In this document: positions 19,374 to 29,094 of the stretch, piece after piece
How positions within the stretch are numbered: the stretch's first letter is position 1
How the letters are laid out: every line of letters begins with the position of its first letter
Origin: an uncultured Acidobacteriota bacterium
GTDB taxonomy: Bacteria > Acidobacteriota > UBA6911 > RPQK01 > JAPXNP01
Reading direction: 5' to 3'
DNA length: 64,000 nt
Assembly: GCA_963777605.1 (NCBI GenBank)
Contig: CAVZRV010000027.1
Coordinates: forward strand, 320,001-384,000
Program-made: the position numbers and the translations under genes
Notes under the pieces: model-generated
What the model was told of the DNA's origin: nothing
Seen by the model: the letters and a program-made list of their open reading frames with translations, nothing else
Databases searched by the model: none

Positions 19374-19473
19374 AGGCGGCCAAACAGGGAGACCCTCCTT
19401 TGAGGACCCCAACGCTCTCTCCTCCTTAAAGATCTCCCCTCGCGGCCGCCTTCGCTGAGCAGGGGATCTCAGC
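19374..19473. other. Structured intergenic element (candidate sRNA, REP-like element or terminator)
   Basis: Nested pairings 19374-81/19444-51, 19386-92/19433-40 and 19398-406/19423-31; second hairpin gctgag/ctcagc; TATACT at 19362. Confidence 0.4.
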
Positions 19474-19496
19474 AGGTCCCTCCGACCCAAATCCAG

Positions 19497-20096
19497 TCAT
19501 TGACGGCCAAACGGCATCAGGTAGACCGGTGTCTGACCTTCAGGGAGCCTCAGGACGCCTGCCGCATCTCCGGGACGAAAAGCTGCGATGACCACCGTCC
19601 CCAAGCCCAACGCTTCGGCTTGGAGGTGTACATTTTGCCCGGCGTGCCCTACCTCCATGTGCACGTAGTCTCTGGCCGCGTCACCGAACTTCGGCTCGCT
19701 TCGGGCATAACAGGCGGAAATCACCAGGACGGCTGCAGATTCGAGGATTGAGGTTTGGTTGAAGGTAGTGTCGAATAACGGTTTCAAGAGCTCCCCCCGG
19801 ACCCCGGGAGTCAACGAGTGGTTCGATCCGTCGTAAGAATACAGACCGGCCTCGAGCCCGGACACGTTTGCTGCGACCAAAGAGATTTCCAGTGGATAGC
19901 ACTCCATTGCCGACGGGGTGGTGCGCCACCCGTTCGGCCCGGTCACCCCGTAAGCGCTCCACAACAATTGGCCAACTCGTTCCAAGCCGATTGTTTCCGG
20001 GCTAAAAGTACGGGTAGACCGTCTCCGAGACAGCGCTTCTTCGACAGTAACAGTCCCTCTTTGCGAGGGTTCAGGCAGAGTGATCATTACTTTCAA
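19497..20096 (-). CDS. SagB/ThcOx-type nitroreductase family protein
   Basis: LSRRRSTRTF, RTTPSA..YPLE and EVGHAGQNVHLQAEALGLGTV motifs. Confidence 0.9.
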   Translation of the reverse strand: MKVMITLPEPSQRGTVTVEEALSRRRSTRTFSPETIGLERVGQLLWSAYGVTGPNGWRTTPSAMECYPLEISLVAANVSGLEAGLYSYDGSNHSLTPGVRGELLKPLFDTTFNQTSILESAAVLVISACYARSEPKFGDAARDYVHMEVGHAGQNVHLQAEALGLGTVVIAAFRPGDAAGVLRLPEGQTPVYLMPFGRQ

Positions 20097-20255
20097 ACTC
20101 CTCCAGCAATCGCAGGCACCGCCCGCACCAGCAGGGTCCGCTTACCGTCCCCCCAAGCCTGCCATGGTAGCAGACGGCCGGACCGGGATCGCGAAGCCGG
20201 CTCCGGATGCGGTACCATTTTCAGGCGCCTCCGCTCCAAGAGGGAAGATGGCACT

Positions 20256-22175
20256 ATGAGCAAATTGATCGAGCGTTTGAAGTCCGCGCCAGTCCTCGCC
20301 GACGGTGCCATGGGTTCTTACCTGTTTCGCAGGACGGGACGGCTGTCCGAGCGTAACCACGTCTACGAAAGCCTGAGCATTGACGCTCCCGAGTTGATTG
20401 GCGAGATCCACACCGCGTACCTGCGGGCCGGGGCCAAATGCCTGACGACCAACACGTTCAGTGCAAACCGTACCGTCCTCAGGCAACTCGGTGAGGGTCG
20501 CTCGCCAGGGCAAATCTGCAGCGCCGCCGTTACCCTGGCACAGGAGGCATCTAAACGGTTCTCCGAGTTGCGGCAGGTTGAAAACGACGTGCTGACCCTC
20601 GGTTCCATCGGCCCTGCTCTCGATGGTCGGGCAACCGAATCGGAGATCAGGAACGCCCACGAGGAACAGATCGTCACTCTCCTGGAGGCCGGTGTTGACG
20701 CACTGCTCCTGGAGACCTTCCCGTCGCTGGACCAGCTTCTTCCGGTGGCAGAGCTATGCCTGGAGCGTTCGGGGAGGAGGGTCCCGATCATCGTAGAGAT
20801 GTCGCTCCAGAAGGACGCCTCGGGTGAGGCCTGGAATACAGCCCCGGCGGCGTATGTCGGGGAGATCAACCGGCTCGGAATCGAAGTCTTTGGAATCAAC
20901 TGCTGTGCCCCCTGGGACGCCCTTGCCTTCCTGGATGAACTTGACCAGATGGAAGAAGGCTTGCGGGCCGGGCTTCTCCTTTCCGTCATGCCGAACGCCG
21001 GAGGATTTCAGCGGATCGGCAACCGGTTCATGACCCGCGTCAACCCCGAGTTCATGGGACAGCTGGCGCGAACGCTGGCCCGGAGAGGTGTGCGCCTGAT
21101 CGGCGGGTGTTGTGAGGTCCACCCCTCCCATGTTCGAGAGATGAGCAACTTCCTTTCGAGCGCCCTGGTTTCTGATTCCCAAATCGAAGTTTTCGATCCG
21201 AAGGGACGTCCGTCGGCAGCACCGGAAGAAAAGAAGAGAAACGGCCCTTTCTCGAAGAAGCTGTTCGGCGGAGAATTCGTTGTCAGCGTCGAAGTGGTCC
21301 CACCGCGCGGAACTTCCGCCCAGGTACTGAACAACAAGATCAGCCTCGTCGATGCTCTGGCACAGGTGGGGCTTGCCGATGCAGTCGATCTGACCGATGG
21401 CTCTCGGGGCATCCCCCTGATGCCGGCGGGAGACTTCGTCACGACGATTCGAGAACACCTGGGGTGGAACGTGAGGACCGGAGATCGCCTGGAGTTCATC
21501 CCCCACTTCACCTGCCGCGATCTCAACACGATGGGAATGCAGTCTCGACTGATCGGTTTCCACAACCAGCGTATCCACAACGTACTGTTCATCACCGGCG
21601 ACCCTCCAAAGATGTCTCCGAGCTATCCCCGGTCAACTGCCGTCTTTGACGTTGACTCTTCGGGGATGATCCGGTTTGCGAGCCGGTTTCTGAACGCCGG
21701 GACAGACTTCGGGGGACATCCCTTGAGCCGCCTCGGAGATCCCCGGACTCACTTCACGGTAGGCTCGGGATTTGAGCCCGAAGCCCTCGATCTGGGCCGA
21801 GAGTTGGAGAAACTGCGCTCCAAGATCGACAACGGCGCGGACTACGTGATGACCCAACCCGCTTTTCGAATTGAAGCCCTCGACATCCTGAGCGACTGCC
21901 GGGCCAGGGTCCCGATACTCGCCGGCGTCATGATTCTGACCGGGCTGGACCATGCCCAGAGAGTGAGTCAGATTCCGGGGGTCGTGCTCCCCCAGGAGAT
22001 TTTCGACCGCTTCGCCAGTTTTCCCGATCCCGCCGACCAGGCACTCCTCGGGATCGAGATCGCCGTAGAGCAGGTCAGGCGGGTCAAGAGTGATGGCTGG
22101 GCGGGGCTGTACCTGATGTCACCCGGGGCCTTGTCGCCGATCATTGAGGTACTCAGAGGGGGACTAACAGGATAG
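20256..22175 (+). CDS. Bifunctional homocysteine S-methyltransferase / methylenetetrahydrofolate reductase (YitJ-like)
   Basis: LADGAMGS, GINC, PNAG and GGCC in the N-terminal half; SVEVVPP, HFTCRDLN, ITGDPP and GADYVMTQP in the C-terminal half. Confidence 0.9.
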   Translation: MSKLIERLKSAPVLADGAMGSYLFRRTGRLSERNHVYESLSIDAPELIGEIHTAYLRAGAKCLTTNTFSANRTVLRQLGEGRSPGQICSAAVTLAQEASKRFSELRQVENDVLTLGSIGPALDGRATESEIRNAHEEQIVTLLEAGVDALLLETFPSLDQLLPVAELCLERSGRRVPIIVEMSLQKDASGEAWNTAPAAYVGEINRLGIEVFGINCCAPWDALAFLDELDQMEEGLRAGLLLSVMPNAGGFQRIGNRFMTRVNPEFMGQLARTLARRGVRLIGGCCEVHPSHVREMSNFLSSALVSDSQIEVFDPKGRPSAAPEEKKRNGPFSKKLFGGEFVVSVEVVPPRGTSAQVLNNKISLVDALAQVGLADAVDLTDGSRGIPLMPAGDFVTTIREHLGWNVRTGDRLEFIPHFTCRDLNTMGMQSRLIGFHNQRIHNVLFITGDPPKMSPSYPRSTAVFDVDSSGMIRFASRFLNAGTDFGGHPLSRLGDPRTHFTVGSGFEPEALDLGRELEKLRSKIDNGADYVMTQPAFRIEALDILSDCRARVPILAGVMILTGLDHAQRVSQIPGVVLPQEIFDRFASFPDPADQALLGIEIAVEQVRRVKSDGWAGLYLMSPGALSPIIEVLRGGLTG

Positions 22176-22177
22176 AA

Positions 22178-22223
22178 CCATTAGGACCCATTAGCCCCGT
22201 GGTGTCCATGGGATTCATGGTGC
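22178..22223. repeat. Degenerate ~9-nt tandem repeat between convergent genes
   Basis: ccattagga(c) ccattagcc ccgtggtgt ccatgggat tcatggtgc. Confidence 0.4.
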
Positions 22224-22270
22224 CGCTGTCGTGTGTGGGACGAAGGGACGTTGAAAGTAGCGATATCCGA

Positions 22271-23041
22271 TCAAAATGTCTTGCACATGAGTCCTCCGTC
22301 CACCAGCAGAACGCTTCCAGTCATGTAACTACCCGCTTCGCTGGCAAGCAGCAGGGCCGGGCCGATCAGCTCTTCGGGGCGACCCCACCGATCCAGGGCC
22401 GTCCGACTGGCGGCAAAGGCCTGTTGTTCAGGGGTCAGCACGCTCGCCGGCAGATCGGTCAGGAATGGCCCCGGTGCGATGCAGTTAACGGTGATCCCGA
22501 ACTCGGCCAGGTCCAGCGCGTTTGCTTTCGTCAGGCCGATCAGCGCCGCTTTCGAAGCTGAATAGGAGTTGCGCGCGGCCTTCGAGGCCAGACCCATGAT
22601 CGATGAGATGTAAATCACCCTCCCCCAACTCCGCCGCTTCATCTGGGGCGTGAGGGCCCGCGTCAGAGCCATCGCTGAATTGAGATTCACCTCCATCGAA
22701 CGGTCCCACTCCGGATCGGTCACCTCGTCAATGGGCTGAGGAATGTTGATGCCGGCGTTGTTTAACAGGATATCCACTCTCCCAAACTTGGCGAGAACCG
22801 CTTCGGCGAGTCTAAGTGCTTCCGAGCGCCTGCTGAGATCACACGGAAAACAGCCGCCTCTTGCGCCAGTTCCCTCTAGGATCTCGCTCAAGGCTGCGGC
22901 CAACTCCGTTTCGCTGCGGCTCGCAATCGCTACGGTTGCCCCGGCCTCGGCCAAGCCCCGGGCCATCGCGCGACCCAATCCCTTGCTGCCCCCCGTCACG
23001 AGGGCTACTTTCCCGTCCAGACTGAAGAGTTTCTCGATCAT
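22271..23041 (-). CDS. SDR family NAD(P)-dependent oxidoreductase
   Basis: TGGSKGLG, NNAG, YSASK and NCIAPG motifs. Confidence 0.93.
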   Translation of the reverse strand: MIEKLFSLDGKVALVTGGSKGLGRAMARGLAEAGATVAIASRSETELAAALSEILEGTGARGGCFPCDLSRRSEALRLAEAVLAKFGRVDILLNNAGINIPQPIDEVTDPEWDRSMEVNLNSAMALTRALTPQMKRRSWGRVIYISSIMGLASKAARNSYSASKAALIGLTKANALDLAEFGITVNCIAPGPFLTDLPASVLTPEQQAFAASRTALDRWGRPEELIGPALLLASEAGSYMTGSVLLVDGGLMCKTF

Positions 23042-23125
23042 TGCGCCTTCCTTTTCCTCCATTGTACCGAGGAGTTGACCGCCGGGCCGGTCTGGTGTTC
23101 ACTGAGACAGAAACGGAGGAGAGCA

Positions 23126-24034
23126 ATGGCAGAATTCCTGGACACACTTCGCACTCAGATTCTTCTCAATGACGGTGCCATGGGCACGCAACTTCAGGCC
23201 GCCGGACTCCAGCCGGGCGAATGCGGCGACGAGTGGGTCCTGACTCACCCGGAAAGAGTACTTGAGATCCAGACCCGATACGTCGAGGCCGGCGCCGATT
23301 GTCTCTCGACCAACACATTCGGAGCGACCCGTCTCTCCCTCCAGCGCCATGGACTCGGCGGCGAAGTCGAAGCGATCAACACGGGTGCCGTTGAAATCGC
23401 CCGCGAAGCATTCGGCGAACGGGGTGGCTTCGTGCTGGGAGACATCGGACCCTTCGGAGGTCTCCTCGAGCCCTATGGAACGGTTTCCGCCGGGGAGGCA
23501 CGTGCTTCGTTCGTAGACCAGGCCAAAGCCCTGGTCGCGGCCGGGGTCGATGCGATCATCATTGAGACGATGACTGCCCTCGAAGAATTGGAGTTGGCTG
23601 TCCAAGCGGCCCGCGAAGTGGGAGCCCCCTGCGTGATCGCATCGGTCTCTTTCGACTTGACCCATGACGGTTCCGACATGCGCACCATGATGGGAGTCAA
23701 CCCGGAACGCGCCGCCGCGTTTCTCCAGGAAATCGGTGTGGACGTGGCGGGAACCAACTGTGGTGCCAACATCAACATCAGTTGGGCCGCCCGAATCATA
23801 AGGCGCTATCGGGAGAGTTGCGGCCTGTTGCTGATGGCACAGCCGAACGCCGGAACGCCCGAACTAGACGGTGATCGGATTGTCTACAAGACCGAACCGG
23901 AAGCCATGGCGGCTGCCGTTCCCGACCTCGTGGATGCCGGTGCCCGGCTGGTCGGCGCCTGCTGCGGCAGCACTCCGGAGCACATTCGCCAATTTCGAAA
24001 GGTGTTGGACCGGATCGACTCCTCCGGGAAGTAG
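23126..24034 (+). CDS. Stand-alone homocysteine S-methyltransferase domain (split MetH module)
   Basis: DGAMGTQL, TNTFGA, IIETM, GTNC, QPNAG and GACCGSTPEHI motifs; GGAGGAG RBS. Confidence 0.9.
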   Translation: MAEFLDTLRTQILLNDGAMGTQLQAAGLQPGECGDEWVLTHPERVLEIQTRYVEAGADCLSTNTFGATRLSLQRHGLGGEVEAINTGAVEIAREAFGERGGFVLGDIGPFGGLLEPYGTVSAGEARASFVDQAKALVAAGVDAIIIETMTALEELELAVQAAREVGAPCVIASVSFDLTHDGSDMRTMMGVNPERAAAFLQEIGVDVAGTNCGANINISWAARIIRRYRESCGLLLMAQPNAGTPELDGDRIVYKTEPEAMAAAVPDLVDAGARLVGACCGSTPEHIRQFRKVLDRIDSSGK

Positions 24035-24052
24035 CCCAATCCCGCTGCGGCT

Positions 24053-25732
24053 TCAGGCATCCGGCGCGCCGGCGGAGCTTCCGGCGACCTTCTGGGCAAT
24101 TCCGACCACGACACCGACGGCCACAACGGCAACCGCGCCGACAACGTTGTACCAGAGGAACGAGATCTCGGCAACGACACTTACCAGGGCAACCGCGCCC
24201 ATACCTCCCAGTAACCCCAGGAACGCACCCAGCGGCGTCGCCCAGCGAGTCCCGATGGCGAGGATGAATACGCCCAGAACCGACCCATAGAAGAACGAGC
24301 CGAAGCGGTTAACGACCTCTATGAGGGATCCGAGATGGACGGCGTAGATGGCGACAACACAGGCAACGAGCCCCCAGAATCCCGTCGCCAACTTGGACAC
24401 GAAAAGGTAGTGACGATCAGAGGCTTGAGGACGAAACAGCCGGCGGTAAAAGTCCATCACCGTGGCTGTAGCCAGGGAATTCAACTCGGCCGCAATACTC
24501 GACATAGCGGCCGCAAAGATGGCCGCCACCATCAAGCCGATAATGCCGATGGGTAGCCGGTTCATCACGAACGTCGGAAAGACGTAGTTGACGTCGGTGT
24601 AACTTTCCTCCCCTGAGACCCTGCCGGCAAGATCGAGGGCGCGGCTGCGAATCTCTTCGCGTCCCCGGTAAGCCTCCAGATAGGCCGATCGATCGGGGGC
24701 CTCTCCCGCAGCCGTCTGCAACGCCGCTTCCCTGAGCCGATCAGCGGCCTGCTGGTATTCTCCGACCAGTTCCCGATACTCAGAACGCGACTGCAGTTCC
24801 TGCTCAACCGCGGGATTGAACAGCAGAGGCGGAGTCACGAACTGGTAGTAAACAAAGACGAGTACTCCGATGAGAAGAATGACGAACTGGATCGGAATCT
24901 TGAATATGGCACTCATCAAAAGGGAGGTTCTTCCTTCGTCAACCGATCGTGCCGTCAGGTAGCGCTGGACCTGGCTCTGATCACAACCGAAGTAGGAGAG
25001 CATCAGGAAAAGCCCACCGATCAACCCCGACCAGAACGTGTAGGTCTGGTTAAGGCTGAAAGAGAAATCCAACGTTTTGAGGCGCCCTACTCCGGCGGCC
25101 AATGAGAGCGCGTCTTTCAGCCGGACGCTCTCAGGGAATCCCGAGATGATTACGACGACCACGACCGCCATCCCCACAAAAATCAGCACCATCTGCTTCA
25201 CATCGGTCCAGGTGACGGCCTGGACGCCGCCCAACATCGTGTAGATCACCGTGGGAACGCCGATGGCCAGTACCGTCACGTGAAGATTCCAGCCCAGCAC
25301 CACCGAAAGAATCACGGCAGGCGCAGAAATAATCACCCCGCACGAGAGTCCCCGAGAAAGCAGGAACAGGAAACTCGTCAAGGTTCTCGTCTTGAGGTCG
25401 AAGCGGCGCTCCAGGTATTCATAGGCGGTGTACACATCGGCCCGATGAAAGAACGGGACCACCGTGACGCATAGAATGATCATCGCCAGGGGCAGGCCAA
25501 GGTAGAACTGGATGAAACGCATCCCGTCGGTATAGGCCTGGCCAGTGGTTCCCACCAGGGTTATGGCACTCATCTGAGTCGCCATTATCGAGAGTCCGAC
25601 GGCCCACCACGGCAGGCTCCGGTCGGCAAGGAAGTATCCCCGGACCTGGTCCGTTCCGCGACTCTTGCGAATGCCGTCGATAACGACATATCCAAGGTAG
25701 AGGGCGACAAGAATCCAGTCCAGAGTGTGCAT
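24053..25732 (-). CDS. Sodium:solute symporter family protein
   Basis: [34 protein letters not shown] and AAAMSS motifs. Confidence 0.93.
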   Translation of the reverse strand: MHTLDWILVALYLGYVVIDGIRKSRGTDQVRGYFLADRSLPWWAVGLSIMATQMSAITLVGTTGQAYTDGMRFIQFYLGLPLAMIILCVTVVPFFHRADVYTAYEYLERRFDLKTRTLTSFLFLLSRGLSCGVIISAPAVILSVVLGWNLHVTVLAIGVPTVIYTMLGGVQAVTWTDVKQMVLIFVGMAVVVVVIISGFPESVRLKDALSLAAGVGRLKTLDFSFSLNQTYTFWSGLIGGLFLMLSYFGCDQSQVQRYLTARSVDEGRTSLLMSAIFKIPIQFVILLIGVLVFVYYQFVTPPLLFNPAVEQELQSRSEYRELVGEYQQAADRLREAALQTAAGEAPDRSAYLEAYRGREEIRSRALDLAGRVSGEESYTDVNYVFPTFVMNRLPIGIIGLMVAAIFAAAMSSIAAELNSLATATVMDFYRRLFRPQASDRHYLFVSKLATGFWGLVACVVAIYAVHLGSLIEVVNRFGSFFYGSVLGVFILAIGTRWATPLGAFLGLLGGMGAVALVSVVAEISFLWYNVVGAVAVVAVGVVVGIAQKVAGSSAGAPDA

Positions 25733-25780
25733 CGTCTATCCGAGATCTCGAGCGCTTGTTCGCCGTCTTCCTGAACCCGC

Positions 25781-25912
25781 CTAACTGAACGCCTGGGAAA
25801 AGACCCAGAGAAGCACGTATACGATCACCGTCAGGAAAAGAATCCCGAGGTAGATGATCCTCCAGCGCCGCCGCCTGACCGTTCTCGAGTCTGAGGTTTC
25901 CGTTGAGGTCAT
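25781..25912 (-). CDS. 43-aa single-TM membrane protein upstream of the symporter
   Basis: Translated by hand: MTSTETSDSRTVRRRRWRIIYLGILFLTVIVYVLLWVFSQAFS*. Confidence 0.65.
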   Translation of the reverse strand: MTSTETSDSRTVRRRRWRIIYLGILFLTVIVYVLLWVFSQAFS

Positions 25913-25974
25913 TTTGTTTTCAACATGCTACCATGCCGTTGGACGACACTCCTCGGCCGAACGGGAGGTTCTGC

Positions 25975-26643
25975 ATGCTCGAAATGGTTGGGAAACTCGA
26001 GGCCCTCTGTGAACAGCGGAGGCCGGTCACGATGACGGCTGGGCAGCCCGGCAGGATTCTCAAGGGAAGGTTCCGGTTCTGTTCCAGTTCCTCGGGCTTC
26101 GTGGCAATCGAGCTGTTTGATCTGCCCGAAGCCGCTCAAATCGATGAACGAACCCCCTGTACCGTGGTGTTCGCGGACGGCGCACGCAGCACGCTGTTTA
26201 TCAGCGAGGTCATCTCGCTCGACCTGGAAACCCATCAACTGCCGGTCCTGAGGATTCGGATCCCCCTCCAGGCGGCCCGGGCCGAAGCCCGCAGCAACGT
26301 TCGCATCCCCCTGAACCGGGAGACCGCCCCGAAGCTCGTTGTCCGAGCGCCGGGACATCGCTGGGAGCCACGCCCGCTGGATATCAGCGTGGCGGGAATG
26401 CTGGTGGAACTTCCCATCAATCAGCGATTTCCGGTTGCCGACCTGGAAGAGCTGGAGATTGAGATCGAAAAGAACGGGCTCAGCACAGTCGTCGAGGGCT
26501 TTGCCCAGCACCGATGGTCCAACTTCTGGGCCCTCTATTTCTCGGATGTGCTGCGCAGCCTGAGACACGGCGAACCGGACGTCCCCGAGCAACTTCAGCA
26601 GATCATTGACCTGGTGGAGTCGGAGTGGCTCAAACGCCGCTGA
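25975..26643 (+). CDS. PilZ domain protein (YcgR-like architecture)
   Basis: RxxxR (RSNVR) and DxSxxG (DISVAG) c-di-GMP motifs; GGAGG RBS. Confidence 0.8.
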   Translation: MLEMVGKLEALCEQRRPVTMTAGQPGRILKGRFRFCSSSSGFVAIELFDLPEAAQIDERTPCTVVFADGARSTLFISEVISLDLETHQLPVLRIRIPLQAARAEARSNVRIPLNRETAPKLVVRAPGHRWEPRPLDISVAGMLVELPINQRFPVADLEELEIEIEKNGLSTVVEGFAQHRWSNFWALYFSDVLRSLRHGEPDVPEQLQQIIDLVESEWLKRR

Positions 26644-26821
26644 CCGCCTGCGGGACCGACGGGGCTGGAGCTCTCGTTTCGGCCGGTCGAATCAGGTTGG
26701 ATTGAATATGCCGGCGGCGCCGGACCCGGGACCCGAGTTCGATTGATTGCTCAAAAATGGGAGAATAGTTGGAGATCCGGAGGCCGGGGAGCGGCAACTC
26801 CCCGGCTTGGAGGGCTCACTC

Positions 26822-27397
26822 CTAGACTGGATCGCTTTCGCCGGGAATCGGCGGATTGGGAGGTGGGAGCAGGCCAAGGACCTTAAAGGCATTCACGACG
26901 GGCTCAAGTCGTACTGCCAGCCTGACTGCTTCCACCTTCGCAAGTTGCTCCTCCGTCAGCAGACTCCGGATGGCTTCAAACGCGTCCGCAGAAGTGCGCG
27001 CGATCGACTGTCGAATTCCATGGATGTCGATCGTCAACTGCCCGACAGTTTCGACGGATGGGCTTTCACTGCCGAGTTCCTCGCGCAAAGCGGCCTCCAA
27101 CTCTCTCCTCTGGTCTCGCAAAGTCTGAATCTCATCAGCCGAAGTCCGCAATATCTCTCGAACTTGCTCGGCCTGTTCGTCGGAAAGATCCAGAAAGCCG
27201 GCCACGACACGAAGGGCACGAACGATGTCCATGACAGGACCGTTGGCGGATGGACCGTTGACTCCTCCGTCGGCACCAAAGGCCGGAGGTGGCACTGGAG
27301 GGACGGGGCCCTGGGGAGCCTGGGCCAGGACTGTGAAGCTGCACAGCCCGAAAATGACGGCAATCATGCCCAGCCTGGTTAGCGTGTTCTTGTTCAT
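26822..27397 (-). CDS. Spy/CpxP family periplasmic protein
   Basis: Signal peptide; LDLSDEQ and LLTEEQ LTxxQ motifs. Confidence 0.82.
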   Translation of the reverse strand: MNKNTLTRLGMIAVIFGLCSFTVLAQAPQGPVPPVPPPAFGADGGVNGPSANGPVMDIVRALRVVAGFLDLSDEQAEQVREILRTSADEIQTLRDQRRELEAALREELGSESPSVETVGQLTIDIHGIRQSIARTSADAFEAIRSLLTEEQLAKVEAVRLAVRLEPVVNAFKVLGLLPPPNPPIPGESDPV

Positions 27398-27453
27398 GTT
27401 CAGATTTACTCCTTTACTTGGCTGTTCTTGTTGCGTTCAATCCGTGGATCTAT

Positions 27454-27948
27454 CTATGGATTAAGACCTCGATCGGGCCTCGGGGGGGCGTTTCCAGGAC
27501 GACCGCCCCGGTTGTTCAGCCGGTTTCGAAGCCGTTCAAGGGTCTTCACCTGCTCGGGAGTGAGGGTGTTTCGAATCCGCAATGCCATCAGCAGGCGAGC
27601 TTTCTTGATTTCGCTTTCCGCGGAAAGCACGCGATCGAGTTGAGCAATCACCTTGCTCTCATCGGCATTCCGATCTCGAATCAGGCTCGCCAACTCGTCG
27701 ATTTCTCGCTGGAGAGTCCACTGGAGTTCCGTGAAGCGGGACTGCGCCTGACGGATCTCTTTGACGATGACACCTTCCTGCTCCGCGGAAAGATTGAGCA
27801 GAGACTGGTTGCGCATCACCAGATCGGGCGGAATCAACAACTCCTTGATTCTGTCGGGACCCGGGCCCGGCTCATCCGGGCCGGGTTGAGCCAGAGCCGG
27901 AGTCATCAACAGCGCCGAAAGCAAGCCGGCAATCAATAATCTGTACAT
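27454..27948 (-). CDS. Spy/CpxP/ZraP-like periplasmic protein
   Basis: Signal peptide ending ALA; LNLSAEQ and TLTPEQ motifs. Confidence 0.82.
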   Translation of the reverse strand: MYRLLIAGLLSALLMTPALAQPGPDEPGPGPDRIKELLIPPDLVMRNQSLLNLSAEQEGVIVKEIRQAQSRFTELQWTLQREIDELASLIRDRNADESKVIAQLDRVLSAESEIKKARLLMALRIRNTLTPEQVKTLERLRNRLNNRGGRPGNAPPRPDRGLNP

Positions 27949-27993
27949 GGTTTCCCCCTTCTCAATGTTTCGTTCAATTCCCACTCCGCCCGA

Positions 27994-28380
27994 TCACTGG
28001 GCAAACAGATCGTCCCCGGTCGCCATCCAGTCGCTCGAGTCGCTGCCGATCTCAGGGATCTCGGTCATGAAACTGTCGTCGGTGTTCATCAGAAAGTCGG
28101 TTGGCGAGTTCCACTGGACAATTTCCAGAGTTCCCGGGTCGAGAGCATTCAGGTCGGTCTCGCTTCCCGAGTTCCACAACAGCAGCGCGGGACTCAGAAA
28201 GAAGATCAACAGCAGTGCCGCCATCGCCACCTTGACTCCCGTCGGAACGTTCACCAGCCAACCGGGAAAGCGGTGACGCCGCCCGAGAGTCGCTTCAAAT
28301 GAGGGAGCGGAACGGGAATCCTGCTCCCTGAGGAGAGCAAACAACTTTTCAACCCGGCGTTCATCCCCTTGCGAGTTCAT
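27994..28380 (-). CDS. Putative single-TM anti-sigma factor
   Basis: Overlaps the 3' end of the ECF sigma gene; one TM helix; WNSPTDFL motif. Confidence 0.65.
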   Translation of the reverse strand: MNSQGDERRVEKLFALLREQDSRSAPSFEATLGRRHRFPGWLVNVPTGVKVAMAALLLIFFLSPALLLWNSGSETDLNALDPGTLEIVQWNSPTDFLMNTDDSFMTEIPEIGSDSSDWMATGDDLFAQ

Positions 28381-28897
28381 GACTCAGTCCCTCTCTTTCG
28401 ATTGCCTCGCTCAACCTGCTCTTGCCCCGTTCGTAGTGGGTGCGGGCGGACCCTAATCCGATCCCGAGAACTCGGGCGGATTCTTCGATTGTCAGGCCAT
28501 GATAGAAAACGAGTCGCAGGACCTGCTGCTGCCTCGCCGACAGGGTTCCGAGCAAACTTTCAATCTTGGAACGGAGTTCGGAACGGAGAACCGCGGAATC
28601 GGGTCCGGCGCCACTGTGCGGGACGTCGGGGATCAGTTCAACAAAACGCTCGACCATTCGCCAGCCGACCATTCTCCGCTTCCAGGCCGACTTTCGAATT
28701 ACGGCAAAGAGCCAGGTCTTGAAGCTGGACCGACCGTCGAACGACGCTTTCTGCTGGAGGATGCGTACGTAGACCGAATGAAGCAGGTCGGATGCGTCCT
28801 CGCGTCTCCCGTCGCAGCAGTGGAGCGCCCATCCAAATGCGTCAAGATGTGTCTGCTCCAACATTTCTCTCAACCTCGCGTCGTCCATTTCGCTCAT
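28361..28897 (-). CDS. ECF RNA polymerase sigma factor
   Basis: FDGRSSFKTWLFAV (region 2) and LSARQQQVLRL...GLTIEESARVLGIGLGSARTH (region 4). Confidence 0.92.
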   Translation of the reverse strand: MSEMDDARLREMLEQTHLDAFGWALHCCDGRREDASDLLHSVYVRILQQKASFDGRSSFKTWLFAVIRKSAWKRRMVGWRMVERFVELIPDVPHSGAGPDSAVLRSELRSKIESLLGTLSARQQQVLRLVFYHGLTIEESARVLGIGLGSARTHYERGKSRLSEAIEREGLSHELARG

Positions 28898-28996
28898 TCT
28901 GCCTGTTAATCACGACATTAGTTCCGCGGGGAGAGAGTTCATATGACAGGGTTGGAGGGAAATCTGGAGGATGGAGGAAGAGGGTGGAGGAGAAGG

Positions 28997-29076
28997 ATGG
29001 GACCAGTGGGCCTCATAGGACCCACAGGACATGGTACGGGTAGTCGCGCTGGTCCCATTCGTCCTAATCGGCCCGA
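28997..29076. repeat. Palindromic element built from 9-nt units (REP-like)
   Basis: ATGGGACCA GTGGGCCTC ATAGGACCC ACAGGACAT, a spacer, then inverted units TGGTCCCAT TCGTCCTAA TCGGCCCGA. Confidence 0.6.
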
Positions 29077-29094
29077 TCACCCCCGGGTTTCAAC

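Noticed and set aside
18470-19429. 319-aa plus-strand ORF
   Set aside because: Overlaps the precursor antisense, has no motif and looks non-coding; treated as intergenic
19497-20096. SagB-like dehydrogenase as an azole-forming enzyme for the nearby precursor (TOMM/LAP cluster)
   Set aside because: No YcaO cyclodehydratase or E1-like partner in the window; 850 nt and a hairpin separate it from the precursor; stand-alone SagB-type nitroreductases are common
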